DNA of 64,000 nucleotides, from positions 2,056 to 66,055 of the forward strand of contig JBEIRZ010000002.1 of NCBI GenBank assembly GCA_040375695.1. Reading direction: 5' to 3'. The notes below the pieces were generated by a model, which did not search any database, was not told where the DNA came from, and was given only the letters and a program-made list of their open reading frames with translations. Each line of letters begins with the position of its first letter. The stretch's first letter is position 1. Below, piece after piece: positions 27,609 through 38,859 of this stretch. The position numbers and the translations under genes are program-made. Source of the stretch: Planctomycetaceae bacterium. Its GTDB lineage: Bacteria > Planctomycetota > Planctomycetia > Pirellulales > Pirellulaceae.

Positions 27609-27935
27609 GTGAGATCGAACCATTCCCCAAAACGCTCCTTAAAACCGGTCTCGAAGACCGAAGGATTCGAAAAAGTGTGGCGAGCCCTTTTTTTAGCGAT
27701 CGGGGCGATGGTGGTGATTGTCGGCGTGGAAACGCTTTTAATTGATAGCGCTACGATCTATTCGACGGCAGAAACATCAGCCAATGACCTGACGGACCTG
27801 AATAACCAGCCGTCGGGTCCCACGCGGGTGATTAAACCGAAGGACTGGATGCCATGGACCGCGATGAGTGTCGGCTCGATCGTAGTCCTCTATGCATTCA
27901 CGTTACCACAGCGGTGGAAGGCCAGCGGGGGGTAA
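27609..27935 (+). CDS. Hypothetical small membrane protein with two predicted TM helices
   Basis: The ORF starts at a GTG and has hydrophobic segments ALFLAIGAMVVIVGVETLLI and WTAMSVGSIVVLYAF. No family was recognised. Confidence 0.45.
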   Translation: MRSNHSPKRSLKPVSKTEGFEKVWRALFLAIGAMVVIVGVETLLIDSATIYSTAETSANDLTDLNNQPSGPTRVIKPKDWMPWTAMSVGSIVVLYAFTLPQRWKASGG

Positions 27936-27976
27936 GTCGATCGCGCGTAGCGCCACACCGTCTTACCCCCAACATC

Positions 27977-28009
27977 CGACCGCACCCGTTGTTACAACAG
28001 GTGCGGTCG
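27977..28009. terminator. 9-bp perfect stem-loop between convergent genes (27609..27935 + and gap -)
   Basis: CGACCGCAC (27977-27985) pairs with GTGCGGTCG (28001-28009) across a 15-nt loop. The position fits a bidirectional terminator, but neither side has a clear U-tract. Confidence 0.4.
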
Positions 28010-28024
28010 ACTCGGGCGCGGTGG

Positions 28025-29116
<1,092 letters not shown>

Positions 29117-29236
29117 TCAATGGCCGAGCCCCGGATGGGATTGCTCGCCCGGAAGGAGGTGGCGATGATTCTTCTTTCGACCCCAGAAAATTCCGGAAGA
29201 TCATTCGCGCGAAGATTATAGGGCCAGCCAAAGTTA

Positions 29237-30133
29237 ATGAACCAGCCCCCGCGGCCACCGCGCACCAACCCGCCACAACAGGTCTACAGCGGCCCCAATC
29301 CCGCCCCTGGCCAAAACGCGCCCCCGAAGGAGACGTTACGCCGCCCGGCATGGCGGCTTCCGGAGGGGGTTGCGGCGGGAACTTGGGAGTACACCCAGAC
29401 CGATTCGATCGCCACAGGGTACCAGCGATTCGTGGCACAGACGCCGCTGATCAAGAGGGATATCGAGTGGCTGCTGGGGGAATTACCTTCGCCTCTGGCG
29501 AACCGAGGGACCCGCGTCATCGATCTGGGTTGCGGGGACGGCCGGGCGCTGCGGGCCCTGTGGGAAGCAGGCTACGAGGTCTTGGGTGTGGATCTCAGTC
29601 AGCCGATGTTGCGCGAGGTCACTCGTAAGGAGCATGGAGACGAGATCGGCAGGCGATTGCTGCGGGCTAACCTCGTTCAATTGGATGGCCTTCGGGACGG
29701 TTCGGCAGACCACGCGTGCTGCCTCTTCAGTACGATCGGGATGATCCGAGGGCGAAGTTACCGCCGCCAATTCCTTGGTCACGTCGCACGGATCCTCAAA
29801 CCGGGCGGGACGCTGGTTTTGCATGTGCACAACCGCAATTCCGCGTGGCGCGATCGCCCCAGTGCTGCCGCTTGGCTCCGATCGGCATGGGAAGCGATCC
29901 GATTGGACGGGAACGAGATGGGGGACCGGACATACTCGTACCGTGGCTTATCGGACATGTTCTTACACACCTATTCACGGGCGGAGCTTCTCCAAGATTT
30001 CGTCGCCAGCGGTTGGGAGGTCGTCAGGCTCGTGCCGCTATCGATCGATGGGGGTGCGGCGCTGCGTCACCCAAACCTGCTACCCGGGCTTCGCGCCGGC
30101 GGTTTCCTCGGGGTCGCGAGGTCGCCGCATTAG
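29237..30133 (+). CDS. Class I SAM-dependent methyltransferase with a Pro-rich N-terminal extension
   Basis: SAM-binding motif I is [12 protein letters not shown]. Motif-post-I-like VLGVDLS and motif-III-like LKPGGTLVL are also present. Confidence 0.8.
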   Translation: MNQPPRPPRTNPPQQVYSGPNPAPGQNAPPKETLRRPAWRLPEGVAAGTWEYTQTDSIATGYQRFVAQTPLIKRDIEWLLGELPSPLANRGTRVIDLGCGDGRALRALWEAGYEVLGVDLSQPMLREVTRKEHGDEIGRRLLRANLVQLDGLRDGSADHACCLFSTIGMIRGRSYRRQFLGHVARILKPGGTLVLHVHNRNSAWRDRPSAAAWLRSAWEAIRLDGNEMGDRTYSYRGLSDMFLHTYSRAELLQDFVASGWEVVRLVPLSIDGGAALRHPNLLPGLRAGGFLGVARSPH

Positions 30134-30847
30134 GTCGACAAACATCTCGACGAGATGTTCCCTACCGGTCGCTTCCCGGAGTTGGGCCAGGGTCCCTTCA
30201 TGTCGCAGTCGGCCACGGTGCAACAACCCGAAGCGATCGCAAACCCGTTCCGCCTCGTCCAGCCCGTGAGTGCATACCAAGACCGCCTTCCCGAGTTCTC
30301 GGAGTCTCGCCACGTACTCGAACACGACTTGACTGCCGACCACGTCAAGACCGCGAGTCGGCTCATCCAACAGCATCACAGGGGGGTCATGGATCAGGCC
30401 ACGGAGCAGCGTGACGCGTTGCCTCTGCCCCGTACTCAGGCCACCCGCACGACGATCGAGCAAGGCGCTGATATCGAGCAAGTCAGCCAGCTCGACGAGG
30501 CGTTGCTCGGCGTTCTCCGTTTCGACGCCGTAGAGATCGGCAAAGAAAAGGAGCATTTCGCGGACCGTCAGCCAGGAGTAAACGCCATCGCTGGCCGATA
30601 CGAAGCCGAGTTTCGCCTTCACCGCCGCCGGATCGTCACAGGTCCTGACTCCCTCGACCTCTGCGTAACCGCTGTCCGGTTCGATCAATCCCAAGATCAT
30701 CCTCAGGGTCGTCGTTTTGCCCGCCCCGTTCGGACCCATCAATCCATAAACCTCCCCCGGCGAGACGACAAACGAAAGGTGGTCGACGGCATGCACCGCC
30801 CCTCGTTCGAGCCGAAAGGCTTTGGTCATCTCATGAACGATCAGCAT
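30080..30847 (-). CDS. ABC transporter ATP-binding protein (ABC-2/NatA-like)
   Basis: Walker A is GPNGAGKTT, the signature is LSTGQRQR, Walker B is MLLDEP, and the H-loop is VCTHG. Confidence 0.9.
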   Translation of the reverse strand: MLIVHEMTKAFRLERGAVHAVDHLSFVVSPGEVYGLMGPNGAGKTTTLRMILGLIEPDSGYAEVEGVRTCDDPAAVKAKLGFVSASDGVYSWLTVREMLLFFADLYGVETENAEQRLVELADLLDISALLDRRAGGLSTGQRQRVTLLRGLIHDPPVMLLDEPTRGLDVVGSQVVFEYVARLRELGKAVLVCTHGLDEAERVCDRFGLLHRGRLRHEGTLAQLREATGREHLVEMFVDLMRRPRDPEETAGAKPG

Positions 30848-30895
30848 CGGCGGGGCTCCGGCGGGGCGGCAGGTCGATCGCGTCTCGTGTTCATC

Positions 30896-31837
30896 TTAGC
30901 GCGGCAGAGAAGTGGGCAAGAGCCTCAGCCGTTCCAGCGGCACGTAAAACCTTAAGTAGCGTTTGCCATCGGTGAACCTCTCGCCACGAATGTCTTCCAC
31001 CAAAACGGTCGCCCGCTTGGTGATCCGATTGACCCAACCGACGAGTTCCTGCCCTTCGTGGAGGAACCTTACCCGTGAACCGACACGCACATCGAAATTC
31101 CTGGCCGCCCTTTCGCTCTGAGTGATCAGGTCGTGTTGGTGTTCGGTGTGACCAAAGAACCTTTTCGCGATGCCCTGAAACCTACCCTGACTGCACGAGC
31201 TGTCGTTCCAAAAAAACATTTCGATCAGGTGGACCAGCTCATGTTCGCAGACCCTTTGCATCGCCTCCAAGCGATTAACACATCGCAAACCGGTCACGGT
31301 GATCGGTCGATCGACGTCCCCGAATGCTTGGAATAAAAGCGTCGACGAGAGGATCAATTCGAAGCTCCGATGATCGGGGCGGCGGCCGGCCTGTTCGTCG
31401 GCCCGGCCGCGAGCTTTCGGCGGGAAATGGGTTACCAATTTTCCGGCGATTCGGGTCATCCTCGACGACAGGCCGAAGCGGACCCGATCCCTTCCGATCG
31501 ACCCCAGAAGCTTCGCCCCGAAAAACTCGCGGTCGTAAAGCATTGCCATGCGACGCAGGTCATCCGAATCGAACCGCTTAAAATTTGGCGACTCCATCGA
31601 ACGGCTTAGTTGCAAAACTTCGTAATGGATCCGTTGCTGACGGAGCCGGATCTCCTGCTCGGTTAAAGCGGCACCTAAAAGCTCGTGAGCCAGTTCCGAA
31701 AGTTTCTCCGGTTGGTAAAAAACGCCCCTTCTTCCGGGACCGACATCCCGATTCGGCAAATCAGCCACGTCGTTCGACTCCCCAGGAAAACCGGTCTCCC
31801 CGCACGATTCTGTCCCCCCTTCGGTTGCACGCACCAC
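30896..31837 (-). CDS. SprT-like zinc metalloprotease domain protein
   Basis: The HExxH motif lies in CEHELVHLIE within a SprT-like context (SSRMTRIAGK...). The domain assignment is by pattern only. Confidence 0.6.
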   Translation of the reverse strand: MVRATEGGTESCGETGFPGESNDVADLPNRDVGPGRRGVFYQPEKLSELAHELLGAALTEQEIRLRQQRIHYEVLQLSRSMESPNFKRFDSDDLRRMAMLYDREFFGAKLLGSIGRDRVRFGLSSRMTRIAGKLVTHFPPKARGRADEQAGRRPDHRSFELILSSTLLFQAFGDVDRPITVTGLRCVNRLEAMQRVCEHELVHLIEMFFWNDSSCSQGRFQGIAKRFFGHTEHQHDLITQSERAARNFDVRVGSRVRFLHEGQELVGWVNRITKRATVLVEDIRGERFTDGKRYLRFYVPLERLRLLPTSLPR

Positions 31838-31957
31838 CGCTAGCGATCATCTTAGCGGGGACGGGAAATCGCGTGCCAGCTCGCGAACCCATTCCCCTCC
31901 ACCATTCCTACCGGCGGCAGGTATCTCCGCCACCCCTATCTTCGGAGCAGACCGATC

Positions 31958-33241
31958 ATGGCACAGACCAATCCAACCGACCGTCGCACATTCCTGCAAA
32001 CGACTGTAGCCGCCGGGGCCGCCGCCGCGGCAGTCATCCCGTCATCCGCACGTGCCGTGCAGACCGGAAACGACGTGATCCGTGTCGGTCTGGTGGGGTG
32101 TGGCGGTCGCGGCAACGGCGCGGCAATTAACGCCATGAACGCCGGTAAAGACGTCCAGATCGTCGCCCTGGGTGACCTTTTCGAAGACTCGATCAAGGTC
32201 GCCCGCAGTTCGCTAGGGCCGCGCAACCCCGACCAATTCAAGGTCGATGACGACCACTGCTTCGTCGGCTTTGACTGTTACGAAAAAGTCCTCAACAGCG
32301 ATATCGATGTCGTCCTCTTGGCTTCCCCCCCCCATTATCGCCCGATGCAAATCGAAGCGGCCGTCAAAGCGGGGAAGCACATTTTCGCCGAAAAACCGAT
32401 CGCCACCGATGCTGCTGGCGTCCGACGGGTCATGAAGGCCTGCGAAGAAGCGGACAAAAAAGGCCTGAACGTCGTCAGCGGCCTCTGCTGGCGTTACGAC
32501 CAAGGGGTTCGTGAAACGATGGCGAAAATCCACGACGGGGCGATCGGTACCGTGATCTCGACTCAGGCCAACTACCTGACTTCGCCGGTCTGGATCCGGC
32601 CCCGTCAGCCAGGAGAGAGCGAGATGAGGTACCAATGCCGCAATTGGTACTATTTCACCTGGCTCTCGGGCGATCACTATGTCGAGCAATTTATCCACAG
32701 CCTCGACAAAGCGATGTGGCTTCGACACGACGAGCCCCCGGTCAAGGCCTATGGCATGGGGGGCCGCCAAACCCGTAGCGAAACGACCCAAGGGAACATC
32801 TACGACCACTTCGCGGTGATCTACGAATGGGCCGATGGCTCAAAAACCCACGCCTATACCCGCCAGTTTAACGGGACCTTTAACCAAACCGAAGATTTCA
32901 TCCACGGGACCAAAGGGACCGCCAAAGTCTTGGCCCACCAAATCGAAGGGGAAAGCCCGTGGAAGTTCACCGGCAAGAGCGTCAACATGTATGACCAGGA
33001 GCACATCGAACTCTTCCGCGCGATCCGCGGCGAGCAGCCGAGGATCAACAACGGTGAGTACATGTGTCGAAGTACGATGATGGCAATCCTTGGCCGGGAA
33101 GTATGTTACAGCGGTGAGGTCTTGACTTATGATCAAGTTGCCAAGAGCCCTCAAGACCTCAGCCCCAAGAACTACAGTTGGGAGACCCCGGTTACCGCAG
33201 AAGTTTTAAGCCCGGGCAAGTACAAATTCCCGGTCGCCTGA
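31958..33241 (+). CDS. Gfo/Idh/MocA-family oxidoreductase with a twin-arginine signal
   Basis: The TAT signal is TDRRTFLQTTVAAGAAAAAVIPSSARA. The Rossmann motif is IRVGLVGCGGRG. The EKP motif is FAEKPIA. Confidence 0.9.
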   Translation: MAQTNPTDRRTFLQTTVAAGAAAAAVIPSSARAVQTGNDVIRVGLVGCGGRGNGAAINAMNAGKDVQIVALGDLFEDSIKVARSSLGPRNPDQFKVDDDHCFVGFDCYEKVLNSDIDVVLLASPPHYRPMQIEAAVKAGKHIFAEKPIATDAAGVRRVMKACEEADKKGLNVVSGLCWRYDQGVRETMAKIHDGAIGTVISTQANYLTSPVWIRPRQPGESEMRYQCRNWYYFTWLSGDHYVEQFIHSLDKAMWLRHDEPPVKAYGMGGRQTRSETTQGNIYDHFAVIYEWADGSKTHAYTRQFNGTFNQTEDFIHGTKGTAKVLAHQIEGESPWKFTGKSVNMYDQEHIELFRAIRGEQPRINNGEYMCRSTMMAILGREVCYSGEVLTYDQVAKSPQDLSPKNYSWETPVTAEVLSPGKYKFPVA

Positions 33242-33405
33242 GATTCGCTTCCCCTTGGTGCCAAGCGAACCGAGGGGCTTGGCGAACCAAAACGATTCGT
33301 TATCCGCGGGGCGGGGACCGGCTACCGGTTCCCGTCAGCGTCGCGTGGAGGCGGGTCGGGATCGCTTTGCTATTGATTTCGCCCCGTTTTCGAAAGGAAG
33401 ACTCG

Positions 33406-33939
33406 ATGAAGATTCACTACCTAGTGATCTGCTTGATTTCAGCGACCGCGGCCACCGGATGTTTCAAGCCAGTCCCGCCGGCGGCGCAGAACGAACCGGC
33501 GAAAGAGGCCCCACAAGTCAACGACGCGACAGCCGCGCCACCCCAAGAGGCAGCCCCTCGCAAGACGATTAACGAAAAGACGCAGAACGTCTTGGCCCTG
33601 GAGGAGGCGATCGCCGCAGGAGGACAGGTCGCCAGCAGCGAAATCAGTGCCACCAACCCGCTCCTTCAACAGGCCGATGCCTATCGGACCTCGGTTGCGA
33701 AACTAGGTGCCTTAGCGGTGGAACAGGCGATCCAAATTCGCAACGCGTCGAGCATCAAGGACCCGAAACCTCTTACGCATGCAGAGTTCTTGCGCGAGAT
33801 CATCAAGCCCGGGCAACCCGATGGGATCTGGTTGGCCATGCTCCCGTACTACCAAGAATATGCTTGGGACGCCGCGACTCAAAAACTGGTCGCCGTCGAC
33901 TTTCCCAAACGGATCGAAGAACGGGAGAAAAACCGTTAG
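33406..33939 (+). CDS. Hypothetical lipoprotein
   Basis: The ATG at 33406 is preceded by GAAAGGAAG. The N-terminus MKIHYLVICLISATAATGC has a lipobox. The longer track ORF from 33178 overlaps the upstream gene and is Arg/Pro-rich. Confidence 0.7.
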   Translation: MKIHYLVICLISATAATGCFKPVPPAAQNEPAKEAPQVNDATAAPPQEAAPRKTINEKTQNVLALEEAIAAGGQVASSEISATNPLLQQADAYRTSVAKLGALAVEQAIQIRNASSIKDPKPLTHAEFLREIIKPGQPDGIWLAMLPYYQEYAWDAATQKLVAVDFPKRIEEREKNR

Positions 33940-34065
33940 TGCCGCTAAGACTCGCGTTCTCGATAGCCATCCGACGCCAGCCATCGGATGCCTTGTGTGC
34001 GCGTCGCGGCCTGAGCACCACCCAGGCCGGGACAGCAGTTGTGGGTCACACCCCAGGAATAGCGT

Positions 34066-35262
34066 TCAGCCGATCAGCTCTTCTAGCGATCGCAATGCGA
34101 AGCCGACGTGCATCGCGGCCCCCAACGGCAACGCCTCTTCGTCAACCTTGAAAAAAGGGGTGTGCACAAAGTGATTCGCGCCGATCGCATCGTTGCGAAT
34201 CCCGAGGACCACGAAACAGCCAGGGACCTTTTCCAAATAAAAGGCGAAGTCCTCACCACCCATGACGGGTGAGATCTCATGAATGTCGCACCGGGAGATA
34301 AATTCGGCCGCCACCGTTTTTGCGGTCTCCCAACACTCGGGGGTGTTGACGGTGGCCGGATAGTCGGGATCTCCAGGCTGATCCTCCAACACCGCCTCAC
34401 ATCGCATCGCGCGGGCAATGTTCTCCGCGACCCGTCGCATCGCCTCGCGTATCCGATGTAACTCTTCGGTACGGAGCGACCGGATCGTACCACTCGCCAC
34501 GACCTCACCCGGCACCACGTTGTAGGCCGTTCCTCCATGGACCGAGGTGACGCTCAGGACGGTCGGCGAAAGCGGGTCTGACTCGCGGGCGACGATCGAC
34601 TGGAATGCCCCGATGATCGGAGAAATCGCCACGATCGGGTCGTGAGTGATGTGCGGGAAAGCGGCATGCCCCCCACGCCCGCGAACGGTCAAACGGAACT
34701 CGCCGGCTGCTGCCAAAAGAACTCCTCCTCTGCTGGCGATTTGGCCCGTTGGCAAGGTGGGCCAAACGTGCAAGCCGAAAACTCGGTCGACCTTAGGGTT
34801 GTCGAGGGCCCCTTCGTTGATCAGCCGATCCGCACCTGCCCCGCCCTCCTCCGCCGGTTGGAAAATAAGCTTCACCTTTCCCGGCAGGTCATCCTCGATC
34901 GATTTGAGAATCTTGGCCGCCCCAAGGAGCATCGCCGTGTGGCAATCGTGACCACAGGCGTGCATCACCCCTGGACGCTGGCTACGGAAATGAACGTCGG
35001 TCAATTCTTGGATCGGCAGGGCATCCATGTCGGCTCGCAACGCGACGCATGGCCCGTCCCCACTCCCCACCGTGGCAACGAGCCCCGTTTCGGCCATCTC
35101 GATCGGCGACGAGATACCGATTTCCCGCAACGTTTCCAGGACCAATCGTTTTGTCTCGAACTCCTGATACCGCAACTCCGGTATCTGATGCAGGCGGCGG
35201 CGTAAATCGACGATCCACGTTTTTTCAGCAACAGCCCGACCGAGTACGTCCGCGACCCGCAT
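34066..35262 (-). CDS. M20D-family amidohydrolase (aminoacylase/hippurate hydrolase-like)
   Basis: Family pattern is present: LRRRLHQIPELRYQEFET, MHACGHDCHTAMLLG, FQPAEEGGAGA and FHTPFF-like HTPFFKVDE. Confidence 0.9.
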   Translation of the reverse strand: MRVADVLGRAVAEKTWIVDLRRRLHQIPELRYQEFETKRLVLETLREIGISSPIEMAETGLVATVGSGDGPCVALRADMDALPIQELTDVHFRSQRPGVMHACGHDCHTAMLLGAAKILKSIEDDLPGKVKLIFQPAEEGGAGADRLINEGALDNPKVDRVFGLHVWPTLPTGQIASRGGVLLAAAGEFRLTVRGRGGHAAFPHITHDPIVAISPIIGAFQSIVARESDPLSPTVLSVTSVHGGTAYNVVPGEVVASGTIRSLRTEELHRIREAMRRVAENIARAMRCEAVLEDQPGDPDYPATVNTPECWETAKTVAAEFISRCDIHEISPVMGGEDFAFYLEKVPGCFVVLGIRNDAIGANHFVHTPFFKVDEEALPLGAAMHVGFALRSLEELIG

Positions 35263-35643
35263 TGTACTTCCTCCGATTTCGAGAACAGTGGCGACTTTTT
35301 GACGTTGGCGCCCGCCGCGGGTGATGAAGATTCTTGGTGCGATAAGCGACCAAGCATCTCCGGTCCCCTGGCCAATTCGAGACTCGACGAGAGCTTACCG
35401 GCGATCGTACCTGCTTTGGCCGACACCAAGCCACGCACTAAGCTCAACCGGCCGCGTTCCGGGCGCGGCGTGCGAGCCACAATAGGGTAACGATTCGCAC
35501 TGGCGGCAAAGAATGATAGTATACCCGCGCAACCCGGAACCCGGCCTGACCGAAATCGTCCGGGTGTCTATACTCGGTACTTTGACCGCTACTGACTTGG
35601 AGCACGAGCTAGCGGCAAATCGTCCATCATTCACCAGTTACCC

Positions 35644-36882
35644 ATGAAATACGCCATCATCATCCCCGACGGCTGTGCCGACGAATCGATCGAAGGATTG
35701 GGGGGGATGACCCCGTTGCAAGCGGCTCACCTCCCGAACATGGACCGTTTGGCGGCGTCGGGCAGGGTCGGCCTGAGCAACAACACGCCGGCTCACCTCC
35801 CGGCAGGCTCGGAGGTCGCTAACCTGTGTCTGTTGGGTTACGACCCCGATACTTATTTCACCGGGCGTGCCCCGCTGGAAGCGGCCGCCCAAGGGATCGA
35901 ACTTGCACCTGGAGACTGGGCAGTCCGCTGTAACCTGGTGACGGTCCGGGACCAAATCATGGTCGACTTCACCGCCGACCACGTGAGCACCGCAGAAGCT
36001 ACGGAGCTGCTCGCTTCGGCCCAAGAATTTCTCGTCGATCGGTCGTCACCGGCCGAGTTATTCGGCATTCTTCCAGAACAACTTCGGTTCATCCCTGGTG
36101 TCAGTTACCGAAACCTGTTGATCTTTCGGGGCAAACCGGGTGCGGCAGCCCCTTTCTCGCGTTATACACGCACGCGAGCCCCACACGACTTGACTGACCT
36201 GCCCGTAGACCACGACTATCCTCGAGGCCCGGGCAGCGACCTGCTGGTATCGTTGATGGAGCGATCCTGCGACCTGTTCCGCGAGCACCCGGTCAATACG
36301 CGTCGTGTCTCCCACGGGCATTCGCCAGCTACCAACCTCTGGCTATGGGGGTTGGGCGAAGCGCCCAAGCTCCCAAGTTTCGAGTCCCGATTCGGAATCC
36401 GCGGGGCGATGATTACCGCCGTGGATCTGCTTCGTGGGATCGCCGCTTTGATCCAGTGGCCAAGGATCGAAGTACCCGGCGCCACAGGTTATCTCGATAC
36501 CGACTACGACGCGAAAGGAAGATACGCGGTCGATGCGCTCGACCACTACGACCTTGTGTGCGTCCACATCGAGGCCCCCGATGAAGCCTCTCATGAGGGT
36601 CGGCCCGATGCGAAAATCGAATCGTTACAGCGGATCGACGAAGCGATCGTCGGTCCGATCGTGCGAAAGTTAGAGACGTTCGGGGAGTATCGCGTGCTGG
36701 TCTCGCCAGACCACCCGACGCCTTGTTCAACAAAGAAACACAGTCACGGCAACGTACCGTTCCTGGTGGCAGGGTCGGGGATCGCGCCGGATGGCCAAAA
36801 CGCGTATGACGAAGCGAATGCCGCGGCTAGCGGCTGGAAATTCGACAAGGGTTGGGATCTGATCGGCCAATTCGTAGGCTGA
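35644..36882 (+). CDS. Archaeal-type cofactor-independent phosphoglycerate mutase family protein (ApgM-like; possibly the proposed non-orthologous homoserine kinase)
   Basis: The N-terminus MKYAIIIPDGCADE and metal-binding motifs (VHIEAPDEASHEG, SPDHPTP) match the alkaline phosphatase superfamily ApgM clade. The gene lies immediately upstream of aspartokinase. Confidence 0.85.
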   Translation: MKYAIIIPDGCADESIEGLGGMTPLQAAHLPNMDRLAASGRVGLSNNTPAHLPAGSEVANLCLLGYDPDTYFTGRAPLEAAAQGIELAPGDWAVRCNLVTVRDQIMVDFTADHVSTAEATELLASAQEFLVDRSSPAELFGILPEQLRFIPGVSYRNLLIFRGKPGAAAPFSRYTRTRAPHDLTDLPVDHDYPRGPGSDLLVSLMERSCDLFREHPVNTRRVSHGHSPATNLWLWGLGEAPKLPSFESRFGIRGAMITAVDLLRGIAALIQWPRIEVPGATGYLDTDYDAKGRYAVDALDHYDLVCVHIEAPDEASHEGRPDAKIESLQRIDEAIVGPIVRKLETFGEYRVLVSPDHPTPCSTKKHSHGNVPFLVAGSGIAPDGQNAYDEANAAASGWKFDKGWDLIGQFVG

Positions 36883-36998
36883 TCGATCTCAGGGCGACGG
36901 CCCGTGGGGCACAAACCCAAGGGGGCCTGTCCGTACGGCTTTCCGAACCGTTCAACGATCCGTTTTTCGACCTTTACACACCCCATGTTTGATTAGAC

Positions 36999-38795
36999 AT
37001 GCCCCTGATCGTTCAAAAATTTGGCGGCACGAGCGTTGCCGATCCTGAGAAAATTCGCGCGGCAGCCCGCAAAGCGATCCGCGCCCAAAGGGAAGGCAAC
37101 CAGGTCCTGATGGTGGTCAGTGCGATGGGACACCAGACCGACCATTTGATCGACTTGGCCAATCAAGTGAGCAGCCGGCCTCCGGCCCGCGAAATGGACA
37201 TGCTTTTAAGCACCGGGGAGCAGGTCAGCGTCGCCTTGGTCGCGATGGCGATCGACTCACTTGGCTCGAAAGCGGTCAGCATGACCGGCGGTCAACTGGG
37301 CATTCGGACCGACAACACGTTCACGAAAGCCCGGATCCGTTCGATCGATACGACCAGGATCCGAACGCTCCTTGACCAGGGATACATCGTCATTGCCGCC
37401 GGGTTCCAGGGGATTGATGACGACTTCAACATCACGACGCTGGGCCGCGGCGGCAGTGACACCACCGCGGTGGCCTTGGCAGCCGTGCTGGGGGCGGATG
37501 CTTGTGAGATCTACACCGACGTCGATGGCGTTTATACGACCGACCCGCGACTGTTGCCCGAAGCCCGCCGGGTCGGTGTCATCAGTTACGACGAAATGTT
37601 GGAACTGGCCAGCCTCGGCGCGGGCGTGATGCATAGCCGTTCGATCGAATTCGCCAAAAAGTTCGGTGTCCCGATACACGTCCGAAGCAGCTTTTCGGAC
37701 ATTGAGGGATCGATGATCGTGGCCGAACCCGAGTCACGCAACGTGCCGGTTAGCGGGGCGGCCCTCACCCGAGCCGAGGCAAGGGTGACGGTCCTCGGGG
37801 TTCCCGATGTCCCCGGCACCAGTCTCGATATCTTTTCAGCGATCGCCGCGCGGAAGATCGCCGTCGACATGGTCGTCCAGAACGTCGGCGAGAACGGCTT
37901 GGCCGACATCTCGTTCACCGTACCTGCAGGAGAGTTGCAGGCCGTTTTGGAAGCGGTGAAGGAACCGGCCGAACGGATCCGGGCCGCTGGCGTGCAGCAT
38001 GACGACCAGGTCGCCAAGGTCTCCGTCGTCGGCGCCGGGATGGCGACCCAGACCAACGTCGCTTCCCGGATGTTTCGCGCCCTGGCCGATGCGGGCGTCA
38101 ACATCCAAATGATCACCACCGGCGAAATCAAGATCTCGGCGTTGGTTTCAAGGGATCAGGCGGACAAGGCCCTCCGCGCGGTCCACGAGACCTTTGGGCT
38201 GGACAAGCTCCCGCCGGACGCCAAGACCTGGAAACAGATCCGGGCCGAGCGGGCTCGGGCTGCGGATGTCGAATCGTTGATAGCGCGGCTGCGAGCCGAT
38301 GCCCTGGAAGGGTTGATGCTGACAGGAATCGCCGTTTCGGGCCCCCAAGCCCGGGTGACCCTGCACGGAGTCCCCGACCGACCGGGGATCGCCGCCGATG
38401 TCTTCGACGAGATCGGCAAGGCCGGTATCCTTGTCGACATGATCGTCCAAGGGATCGATGGCCTGGAAGGGTCGACCAGCATCAGCTTCACGACCGACGA
38501 GACGAATTTAACGCACGGCTTGGAAGTCGCTAAACGACTTTGCGAACGGTTCAAAATGCGTTCCGCCCAAGCGGCCGGTGGGATCGTCAAAGTGACCGTC
38601 AGTGGGATCGGGCTTCGGAGCCACACTCAGGTGGCCCAGATCCTCTTCAAGACTCTGGCCGACGCCCAAATCAACATCCAGATGATCAATACCAGCGAGT
38701 TGCAGGTGAATACGGTCATTGACGCCGCCCGCGGCCAAGACGCGCACGAACGGATCATTGCCGCTTTCGAACGGTCGCTTGAGCAAGGCATTTGA
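36999..38795 (+). CDS. lysC: Aspartate kinase with a duplicated ACT regulatory region (four ACT-like modules)
   Basis: The N-terminus is IVQKFGGTSV, with TLGRGGSDTTAVALA in the kinase core. Two consecutive ACT pairs follow. The first pair is ARVTVLGVPDVPGT.../AKVSVVGAGM.... The second pair is ARVTLHGVPDRPGI.../VKVTVSGIGL.... Confidence 0.95.
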   Translation: MPLIVQKFGGTSVADPEKIRAAARKAIRAQREGNQVLMVVSAMGHQTDHLIDLANQVSSRPPAREMDMLLSTGEQVSVALVAMAIDSLGSKAVSMTGGQLGIRTDNTFTKARIRSIDTTRIRTLLDQGYIVIAAGFQGIDDDFNITTLGRGGSDTTAVALAAVLGADACEIYTDVDGVYTTDPRLLPEARRVGVISYDEMLELASLGAGVMHSRSIEFAKKFGVPIHVRSSFSDIEGSMIVAEPESRNVPVSGAALTRAEARVTVLGVPDVPGTSLDIFSAIAARKIAVDMVVQNVGENGLADISFTVPAGELQAVLEAVKEPAERIRAAGVQHDDQVAKVSVVGAGMATQTNVASRMFRALADAGVNIQMITTGEIKISALVSRDQADKALRAVHETFGLDKLPPDAKTWKQIRAERARAADVESLIARLRADALEGLMLTGIAVSGPQARVTLHGVPDRPGIAADVFDEIGKAGILVDMIVQGIDGLEGSTSISFTTDETNLTHGLEVAKRLCERFKMRSAQAAGGIVKVTVSGIGLRSHTQVAQILFKTLADAQINIQMINTSELQVNTVIDAARGQDAHERIIAAFERSLEQGI

Positions 38796-38859
38796 GCCCA
38801 GTCGGCCCGAAAGCCCCAAGCGGTCCGGACGCCTAATCCCCAACCTCGGAGCCTAGCGA

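Noticed and set aside
35263-35643. Possible amino-acid riboswitch or leader in the 380-nt divergent region upstream of the ApgM-like/aspartokinase genes
   Set aside because: I could find only a short GCCGCG/CGCGGC hairpin (35451-35469). Nothing resembles lysine, SAM or T-box consensus elements by eye. An Rfam/Infernal scan would be needed to exclude one.
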